Positions 11,429 through 18,754 of a stretch of DNA of 64,000 nt are shown one piece after another. The DNA is from Candidatus Zixiibacteriota bacterium (lineage in GTDB: Bacteria > Zixibacteria > MSB-5A5 > GN15 > FEB-12). The notes below the pieces were generated by a model. That model did no database searches. It was not told the origin of the DNA and saw only the letters and a program-made list of their open reading frames with translations. Position 1 is the stretch's first letter; each line of letters begins with the position of its first letter. The position numbers and the translations under genes were made by a program. The stretch covers positions 265,392 through 329,391 of the forward strand of contig JAVEYB010000002.1 in assembly GCA_034003725.1 (NCBI GenBank), read 5' to 3'.

Positions 11429-11500
11429 GCCCCCGTGGTGTAACGGATAACGCGTCGGCCTCCGGAGCCGGAAATTCAGGTTCGATTCCTGACGGGGGTA
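11429..11500 (+). tRNA. tRNA-Arg (anticodon CCG)
   Basis: Hand-folded 72-nt cloverleaf: GCCCCCG TG GTGT AACGGATA ACGC G TCGGC CTCCGGA GCCGG AAAT TCAGG TTCGATT CCTGA CGGGGGT A. The T-loop is the GGTTCGATTCC type. It has a G1-U72 wobble and no encoded CCA. Confidence 0.85.
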
Positions 11501-11624
11501 TTTTCTATTGCCAGTTATCACCCCGACATCGATGTCAATCAGGCCCGGAGATCAAAAGGGCCGGCGGCATTGCTGCCGTCGGCCCCTGGTCAATGAAGGG
11601 ATACTAAGATACAGTGAGGATTTC

Positions 11625-13361
11625 TTATCGTTTGTCGGACAGCGTAATCGTCACACCCCAGTTCATGGGGTCCCGGGGCGGCGCCGAATTCCAATTGTTG
11701 AACGAGTGCGAGTCATCAGTGACGTAGATAACTTCGTATTCGCCTTTCGGCAATAGAACCGTGTCGTCCACTCTGCGGTTTTTGCTGGCGCCGCCGGCGT
11801 GGTCGGTCTTTCGCCAGGTCATTTCCCATACGTCCCGGCCGGTACTGCTGTCGATGATATACGCGTAGTCATACATGCGACCGCCCGTCCCTTCACCGAC
11901 AGCATAGATATGCACCCAGGAATCTTTCTTTAGCGTGAAGCGCTGCCGGAGCCGTTCCCCGTCACGGACACGGGTCAGGCGGGCCAGCACATTACTTTGC
12001 TCGCTCACTTCGTCGGCAGTCACCAGCGTAATGGCCGACGCGGTTCCCTCGCGAGACGGATACAACGCCAACCCGTAGCTGCGGGCGTCATACGGCGCTG
12101 AGGCGTTCCAGTCGTCAAATGCATGCGAGTCATCGGTCGAATAGAACGCGTAATATAGACCGGGCTCGAGGGTAATGGTGCCGTCGAACATCCGGTTTTT
12201 CTCCGCACCCCCGGCATGCGTGGTGTTCCGATAGTCCATTTCCCAGACGACGCGCCCGGTTCCCGCCTCCTGGATCGCACCATAATCCACGAACTGTTTG
12301 TCGCTGCCGCACTCACCGATGGCATACACGTGGACATCGGTGGTTTTGCTGACGCGGAACGGCTGCTCCATGAAGTCGTTATCGCGTGCCCGGGTGAAGT
12401 CGATAATGGGTTTCTGCGACTCCGGGAGGTCGATTACCGCGAATGATGCCCGATCGGAATTGCGGCCCGGCAGCAGAGTCACGCCCCAGTTGATAGGATC
12501 GTACGGGGGCGCAGTATTGAACTCTTCGTATGAATGGGAATCGTCGGTCACGGCATACAGCGTGTATTCGCCTTTGGGTAGTGAGATCTCATCGTCGTAA
12601 ACCTGGTTTTTCCTGCCGCCTCCGGCGTAGTCGGCATCCCATCGGGAGATTTCCCATACCCGTTCCCGGGTGCTATTGTTGATAATCCAGGCCTGATCAA
12701 CCGGCTCGCGGTATCCGCTCGGGAACTCAATGAGGGCATAGATGCGGATGTTCATGTCCCGATTGAGACGGAAAGCGGTTTGAAGGTATTCGGAGTCCCT
12801 CAGTTTTGTGTGCCGGATTAAGGCGTCGGGGAAGCCGCCATCGGGCGTAAACGACTTGACCTGACCGGCCGACAGACCGTCGGCAGAGATCGTGACGTGA
12901 CATTCGCGCAGTTCCTCGATGTCCTCTTCGTCCCACTCGCCTGAGAAAATCTCCGTAAACAGGTTTTTGAGGTTTATCGAGTTGTCGCCCCAGTTCCAGT
13001 GTCGACCTGCGTACATGTATAGCTCGTACTTGCCCGCCTGCAGTGATTCAGTTTCGTTAACCTGACGAAGCTGCCGGCTGCCGCGCACCCGGTCAGTAGC
13101 GCCGGGCTGCATAATCCACACGAGCTCCCGCGTATCAGTGTTCAAAATCCACGCGTACACGCTCAACTGATCAGCATCGCGCGGGCGCATTCCAACGGCG
13201 TCGATGGTCACCGAAGCGTCTTTGGTCAACTCAAACCCGGTGGCTCCCAGGTCTCCGGGTTGGAGCTTGTCGAGACGGGCGATTTCGACCGCCTCAGACG
13301 ATACCGCGGCACACACCGCAATGACGAATATGATCAGCCCGAGTCTGTTTATGTTGCGCAC
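11625..13361 (-). CDS. secreted protein of unknown function with four ~120-140-aa internal repeats
   Basis: Signal peptide MRNINRLGLIIFVIAVCAAVSSEA. Repeats 2-4 share VWE(M/I)...(H/Y)AGG..KN....D..(I/L)L..G.Y..Y..TDDSH(S/A)...(W/F)N..PP.DP..WG. Repeat 1 is degenerate. Confidence 0.85.
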   Translation of the reverse strand: MRNINRLGLIIFVIAVCAAVSSEAVEIARLDKLQPGDLGATGFELTKDASVTIDAVGMRPRDADQLSVYAWILNTDTRELVWIMQPGATDRVRGSRQLRQVNETESLQAGKYELYMYAGRHWNWGDNSINLKNLFTEIFSGEWDEEDIEELRECHVTISADGLSAGQVKSFTPDGGFPDALIRHTKLRDSEYLQTAFRLNRDMNIRIYALIEFPSGYREPVDQAWIINNSTRERVWEISRWDADYAGGGRKNQVYDDEISLPKGEYTLYAVTDDSHSYEEFNTAPPYDPINWGVTLLPGRNSDRASFAVIDLPESQKPIIDFTRARDNDFMEQPFRVSKTTDVHVYAIGECGSDKQFVDYGAIQEAGTGRVVWEMDYRNTTHAGGAEKNRMFDGTITLEPGLYYAFYSTDDSHAFDDWNASAPYDARSYGLALYPSREGTASAITLVTADEVSEQSNVLARLTRVRDGERLRQRFTLKKDSWVHIYAVGEGTGGRMYDYAYIIDSSTGRDVWEMTWRKTDHAGGASKNRRVDDTVLLPKGEYEVIYVTDDSHSFNNWNSAPPRDPMNWGVTITLSDKR

Positions 13362-13565
13362 TCAGGGTCTCCTTCTTTGGTCCATGCTCCCAGATGGAAT
13401 TCAGACTTTCATTCCCTGTCAATACGTACGGAGCCGGCATAAGTTTCGCCGGCGCTGTGTCTTACGGCGACGTCCCGGAGCCTCCCAAGGGGCCGCGATC
13501 TGTTTGCGTTGGTTACCAATCGGTTACGCCACAACCCGCAAGTGAAACATCAATTCGATGATAAA

Positions 13566-14804
13566 CTACTGGAAGAATGAACGAACAAGTGTGGCGACTG
13601 CGAAGACCTTTCGGGGATCCCCCGTATCCGAAACAAAGTCTTTGAAGCGCCGCTGCAAAAGCGGGCTGCTTTGAATGCGCCAGGACACGAAATCGTTGAG
13701 CCACGGGCGTGACAGCCACTTCTCCGCGAAGAAGTATCCTCGGTATCTGGGGCGGAGTTCTTCGGCGACACGCCTCGGATAGGCTTCAAGTTGAGAAAAG
13801 TCCCTGGAGCTGAGCGCCCGTGTGATGGCGTCAGCCGCCAATTCGCCGGTCTCCATGGCCTTCCCGATACCCTCGCCGGTGAACGGAAAGGTCGCCCCGG
13901 CGGTTTCACCGACCGCCACAAATCGACTCGTGGCGTCGATCAGGCGTGCACCTTGAAGTCCGCAGCGAAGTGCGGCCCCACCGAGTCTGGATACCTCCTC
14001 GGATTGCTCCATCAACCGCCGGCTCTCGGGAAACTCTTTCAGAAACGTCTCCAGCACGCGCTTGAGGCTGCCGTACGACTCTCCCTTCTCGAATTGGCAT
14101 CCGCATCCGACATTGTATTCTCCGTCGCCGAGCGGTATGATCCAGGCATACCCGGGGATCAGCGAGCGGTCGTAGGAGAGGATCATCCTGTCGATGGGAT
14201 ATCGGGACCGTACGTAGCGGCGGACGGCGACTGCGCTGGGTTCCTCACGGGCAACCAGGCCTGTGCGGCCGGCCAGTCGGACTTGTGCGCCGGTGGCGAC
14301 GACCGCAAGTCTCGAACGGATGACGCGATCGCACCCGGTGACGTGCAGGCAGACTATTCCCTCGCGATCTACGGAGGCTTCGTTGATTTCCGCATGACCG
14401 AACAGCACTCCGCGCCGTGCCGCGGCGAAGGCCAGTACAGCGTCGAATGTCCTTCTCTTAATAGTCCAGTACGTCCCGGGAACATCGAAGTGATATCGCC
14501 TCGGGCTGTAAATTGTCGCGACCGGCGGCTGGTGACCCCGGCGAGTTATTTCGTCCAACAGATCGGCGCGGCGGAGGGCATCAATGGCATCAAAGAGAAG
14601 ACAATCCCCGCAGACTTTTTCTCGGGGAAAGCGATCGCGGTCGACGAGAAGCACTTCGAGCCCGGCGGCAGCGAGGTGGATGGAGGTAATGGATCCTGCC
14701 GGGCCGGCGCCAACCACGACAACATCGAACACTCGATCGGGCAGTCGATCGAGGGGACGTTGCAGCGTTTCGGCGGCGGCCTGTGTATCCGTTTCTTTGT
14801 GCAT
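13566..14804 (-). CDS. FAD-dependent oxidoreductase, geranylgeranyl-reductase family
   Basis: 412 aa. It has the Rossmann motif DVVVVGAGPAGS followed by FPREKVCGDCL, which is typical of geranylgeranyl reductase-like flavoproteins. Confidence 0.82.
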   Translation of the reverse strand: MHKETDTQAAAETLQRPLDRLPDRVFDVVVVGAGPAGSITSIHLAAAGLEVLLVDRDRFPREKVCGDCLLFDAIDALRRADLLDEITRRGHQPPVATIYSPRRYHFDVPGTYWTIKRRTFDAVLAFAAARRGVLFGHAEINEASVDREGIVCLHVTGCDRVIRSRLAVVATGAQVRLAGRTGLVAREEPSAVAVRRYVRSRYPIDRMILSYDRSLIPGYAWIIPLGDGEYNVGCGCQFEKGESYGSLKRVLETFLKEFPESRRLMEQSEEVSRLGGAALRCGLQGARLIDATSRFVAVGETAGATFPFTGEGIGKAMETGELAADAITRALSSRDFSQLEAYPRRVAEELRPRYRGYFFAEKWLSRPWLNDFVSWRIQSSPLLQRRFKDFVSDTGDPRKVFAVATLVRSFFQ

Positions 14805-14823
14805 AAGCCCTGGATTTCGAGCA

Positions 14824-16077
14824 CTAAAAAGACGTCAGGCACAACGGCGGAGTCTCAGTCGCAAACAGGCGCGTGACATCGGCAACTCGTGCAGGTTTGT
14901 CGATCGTCGCGATACCGTATTCACACAGCTTATCAAAAGTCACCGCGCCCATTACCATGGACGAGAATTCCGCTATCGGGAGGTTTATCTCAACCGTCGG
15001 TGAATCGACGGCTACCAATTCAGCACGTCCACCCCGAAACGCTACAACCCGTCGACCGTCATTCTCCGGAAGGAAGGTGTCTCGCAGCATAATACCGACT
15101 GAGATCTCGGACCCGGGAAATGCCACGGGTTGGAGTTGTCCGCACAGTCGATCGAAGTCAATCACGCGAAACATGATACCGACACCTGCGGTGTTGGTCT
15201 GGTGAAACACCGGCTGCTCCAAAACATCGCTGTTGTCACGGGGGTCCTGACAGAGATAATGAAAGGCGTCATCCGGTGATGCGATCAGCACGTGGCGCAC
15301 CTGATCGAATTGGCTGTGAAGAAATCCCAACATTCCGCTCAAGGCGCGGGGAGTCAGGTACAACAGGTGGTGTACTCTCAGGTCATACTTAATGAAGTTG
15401 CCGGGGTCAAAGTTCGTAAAGGCCAGCACGGCGTAGCCTTCGAGGACACCGTCGAATTCATAGCCCAGGACTTTGTGCATGCGCTCCGGCCGAAAGGTCT
15501 TGAAAAACGTATGTTCGTTTTCCTCGGCCATGCCGTGCCGTTCGGCGGCGATCGCATTGTGGCAGCCCAGCAACTGCGGGATATCGTTGGCGTTCAGGAA
15601 TCGACATCGGAATCGCTCTTCAGATGGAGGTAGCTGTTGCGCTGTCACGCGATACCGGTACATTTTGGCTCCGTAGCCAAATCCCATCTGGTGATAGAAG
15701 TCCGGTCGAAAGGGCCATAACAGGGCCAGCGAGGCTTCTCGCGAGCGGTACTGTCGCAGATAGTATTCCATCATTGCTTTGGCGACACCGCGTTTCTTGT
15801 GGGTCAGGTCAACCGCCACGCCGCCGACTCCTCCCCCGCTTATCAAAGTGCCCCTCACGTTGATGCGAAAATCGTGCAATCGCATAAACCCGACCAGTCG
15901 CCGGTCATCATAACAGCCGCAGTACGACACACGCGGATCCAGCAGTTCGTCCCGCATATACTGCCGCACGCGTTCGAGGCCCGCACTGCCATCCCGGGCG
16001 ATACCTGGGTAAGCGTTAGTCATCAATGTGACGGCATCGTCAAACGATGCCTCGTCCAGTGGTCTGATCGAGTACAT
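14824..16077 (-). CDS. GNAT acetyltransferase, Eis-like (GNAT plus SCP2-like C-terminus)
   Basis: About 418 aa from MYSIRPLDEASFDDAVTLM, with acetyl-CoA site GGVGGVAVDLTHKKRGVAKAMM. The ORF opens at 16170. ATG 16077 overlaps the upstream stop (TGATG), which suggests translational coupling. Confidence 0.8.
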   Translation of the reverse strand: MYSIRPLDEASFDDAVTLMTNAYPGIARDGSAGLERVRQYMRDELLDPRVSYCGCYDDRRLVGFMRLHDFRINVRGTLISGGGVGGVAVDLTHKKRGVAKAMMEYYLRQYRSREASLALLWPFRPDFYHQMGFGYGAKMYRYRVTAQQLPPSEERFRCRFLNANDIPQLLGCHNAIAAERHGMAEENEHTFFKTFRPERMHKVLGYEFDGVLEGYAVLAFTNFDPGNFIKYDLRVHHLLYLTPRALSGMLGFLHSQFDQVRHVLIASPDDAFHYLCQDPRDNSDVLEQPVFHQTNTAGVGIMFRVIDFDRLCGQLQPVAFPGSEISVGIMLRDTFLPENDGRRVVAFRGGRAELVAVDSPTVEINLPIAEFSSMVMGAVTFDKLCEYGIATIDKPARVADVTRLFATETPPLCLTSF

Positions 16078-16535
16078 CAACTGACACCCCGTAGACGTGA
16101 AAACAACCTGGAGAGATACCGGTGAACGGCGTGTATACCGCCAACCGGCTCCGCGTACATGAGGATGCACTTGCCGGTGACAACATCGAGCCCCGCGGCC
16201 TTTGCCAGCGCGGCGGCCTCGGTGAAATCTGCACCCTGCTGAAACCAGATCCGGCGCACCCCGGTCCGAACAGCTTCGTCGACTAAACCGCCGACCCGCT
16301 CCGGTTTCACCACGACAATGACCGATTCAGGAGGATCCGGGATTACAGATAGGGACAGAAAGGCACGTTTCCCCTCAATCGGAACGTCACTCATGGAGAC
16401 GGGGACAGCGTCGTACCCCCTCCGAAGCAATTCCCGAAAAACCGTATTACCGAACTTCCATCGGGTCCGGGATACTCCTACGACAGCGACACGTTGCGGC
16501 GTCGAAAAAGCGACAATGGCGGGGTCGGGTTTCAC
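16077..16535 (-). CDS. CoA-binding domain protein (YccU-like)
   Basis: 152 aa with VAVVGVSRTRWKFGNTVFRELLRRGYDAVPV and IWFQQGA, the CoA-binding Rossmann-like pattern. GTG start. Confidence 0.82.
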   Translation of the reverse strand: MKPDPAIVAFSTPQRVAVVGVSRTRWKFGNTVFRELLRRGYDAVPVSMSDVPIEGKRAFLSLSVIPDPPESVIVVVKPERVGGLVDEAVRTGVRRIWFQQGADFTEAAALAKAAGLDVVTGKCILMYAEPVGGIHAVHRYLSRLFSRLRGVS

Positions 16536-16776
16536 AGGCTAAGATTTCCTCTGGACATCATAATAGAGACGAACGGACTCCATGTGCAACCGCTTTTGGT
16601 TGCTCCGCGGGATCGTGGTGAGCTGTCACAGCGTTTGCATAGGTTTGCACGGGGAAACTTGACCGGAATCCGGGCCTCGTAGCTATATAACTTTATAACA
16701 ATGACTTGCAGGCGTCTCCCGTCATCCTGATTTTCGGCATGCCATTTACAGGAGGTACGGTTGAAAGGGAAAACCG

Positions 16777-17247
16777 ATGGAGCAACAACTGGTCGACATA
16801 TTCGGGCAGACGGCGTACCTGGTTCTGATCGGCACCACCGCCGCGGCGATGTTCTTTGCGATGACGGCCGTTCGCGAGCTCCAGTCGCACAACGTCGATG
16901 GTGTGCTATTCCTCGCTCTGGCAGTGTTCTTCGCTATAGCGCACGTCGTATACCTGAACACCTTGCCGAGCCAGAGTCCACTGAAGGTCACCACTACGCC
17001 TGACGATCTGTGGCGCTGGGTCAATCTCTACTTCGCCCCCTCTCTGATTGTTTTGTTCCTGCTTTTCGGCGTCTACCGGATGATCGCCGATTCGACCCCG
17101 ACCGGACTTGTGAAGGTCTTTTTCGGATTGACCCTGTTATGCTACATGTATATGGTGGGTCTACACTGGCCGGCCGACGTCAAGGGCATCATCGCACTCG
17201 TCTACACGGGCGCCTGGTTCGACATGGGCTTACGTACGGCGGTGTAA
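16777..17247 (+). CDS. small integral membrane protein, unknown function
   Basis: 156 aa with 4-5 hydrophobic helices. AAGGGA lies upstream of the ATG. There is no recognisable family motif. Confidence 0.6.
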   Translation: MEQQLVDIFGQTAYLVLIGTTAAAMFFAMTAVRELQSHNVDGVLFLALAVFFAIAHVVYLNTLPSQSPLKVTTTPDDLWRWVNLYFAPSLIVLFLLFGVYRMIADSTPTGLVKVFFGLTLLCYMYMVGLHWPADVKGIIALVYTGAWFDMGLRTAV

Positions 17248-17258
17248 AGCCGGAATGC

Positions 17259-18509
17259 CTATACATGAGGATCGAGCGGCTCGTCCGCGCGTCCGGAAAA
17301 CTCCCTCGTATTTGCGACTATCGCGGCGCCTACAGCATCTCCCCACACATTGACAGTGGTCCGACACCGGTCGAGAAACCAGTCGATGGCCCAGATGAAG
17401 CCGATTCCCTCCAGCGGAAGGTCCACCGCCGAGAGCACGAACACCATCATCACGGTACCTGCATGGGGTATCCCCGCCGCGCCGATTGACGCGAGGGTCG
17501 CTGTGAAGAAGATCACGACTTGCTGTCCGATCGTGAGATCGACTCCGTACACTTGAGCGATAAACAACGCCGCCACCGCTTCATACATCGCCGTCCCATC
17601 CATGTTGATGGTCGCCCCGAGCGGCAGGACAAAAGACGCGGCGCGGCTGTCTACCTTGTTACGGTCGACCACCTGTTCCATCGTCAGCGGGAGAGTTGCC
17701 GATGAAGACGCCGTCGTGAAGGCGGTGGCAAGCGCCTGGCCGATATTGGCGCCGTACGATAAGGCGTTTCGTTTTGCGAATACCCGGAGCAGCAGCGGCA
17801 GTGTGATTGCACCATGAATCATCAATCCGAGCAGCACAGTGAGTACGTACATCCCCAGCCGCGAGAGAAGGTCTGCGACCGAACCGCGCTCGCGCGCGAC
17901 AATCTCCCCTATGATAGCCAGAACGCCAATCGGGGCAAACCATATGATAAGGGTGACCATCTTCATGATGGCCAGGTTGAGTGACTCGAAGAACTCGATA
18001 ACCGGCTTGCCCTTCTCCCCCAGCGAACTCAGGACCGCTCCAAACAGGAGGGAGAAGAATATCAGTGGAAGGATGTCGCCGTCGGCAGCCGCTTTCACGA
18101 TATTGGAGGGAATAAGACTGACAAGCACATCAAGCAGCGTTTTTCCCTGTCCTTTGGCCACGATCTCCGACACGTCCGTTCCCAATTGCTCGACGCCTAC
18201 TCCCGGCTGGAGGAGATTCACCAAAATCAGGCCGGTGATCACCGCCAGTGCGGTCGTAGACAAGTAGTACAGGAAAGTGTATCCGGCGGTTCTGCCGAGC
18301 TTGCGCACGTCGCCGAGCGACGTGACGCCGACGATCATGGACGCAACGATCAGCGGTACAACTATCATCTTGAGGGCGTTCAGGAAGATCGTTCCGAGAA
18401 AACCGATAGAGCTGAAGAATTCCGGCAGGTAGTAACCACCCAGCGCTCCAAGGACGGCGGCGGCAATCATACCGGCCAGAACGATGTTGCCTGATTTTCG
18501 AGTCATCAT
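17259..18509 (-). CDS. dicarboxylate/amino acid:cation symporter (DAACS / GltP family)
   Basis: 416 aa, polytopic. It has family-typical segments SSSATLP and NMDGTA...EAVAALFIAQ. Confidence 0.92.
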   Translation of the reverse strand: MMTRKSGNIVLAGMIAAAVLGALGGYYLPEFFSSIGFLGTIFLNALKMIVVPLIVASMIVGVTSLGDVRKLGRTAGYTFLYYLSTTALAVITGLILVNLLQPGVGVEQLGTDVSEIVAKGQGKTLLDVLVSLIPSNIVKAAADGDILPLIFFSLLFGAVLSSLGEKGKPVIEFFESLNLAIMKMVTLIIWFAPIGVLAIIGEIVARERGSVADLLSRLGMYVLTVLLGLMIHGAITLPLLLRVFAKRNALSYGANIGQALATAFTTASSSATLPLTMEQVVDRNKVDSRAASFVLPLGATINMDGTAMYEAVAALFIAQVYGVDLTIGQQVVIFFTATLASIGAAGIPHAGTVMMVFVLSAVDLPLEGIGFIWAIDWFLDRCRTTVNVWGDAVGAAIVANTREFSGRADEPLDPHV

Positions 18510-18626
18510 AGGGAGAGCTGCCCTTTGTAGCTGAATCTCACGATGCAGTATATCTATGGGACGGTGCGCTCACAACGATAAAACTGCGCGCGGGTGCGAT
18601 TGGGCTCGCGGATCAGGACTATTGCA

Positions 18627-18655
18627 TTGACAGGCCCGGAAAGCGCGCATAGATT
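18627..18655 (+). promoter_or_regulatory. candidate sigma70-type promoter for the BNR/dockerin-like gene
   Basis: TTGACA (18627..18632), a 17-nt spacer, then TAGATT (18650..18655). It lies about 100 nt upstream of ATG 18755. Confidence 0.45.
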
Positions 18656-18754
18656 GATGTGAGCATTTCCTGTTCCCCTCACGGACGGTCGATAAACACT
18701 CAACATACCCACGGTCGCGGTCGATTATTGTTGATAACGATCAGGGAGACACAC

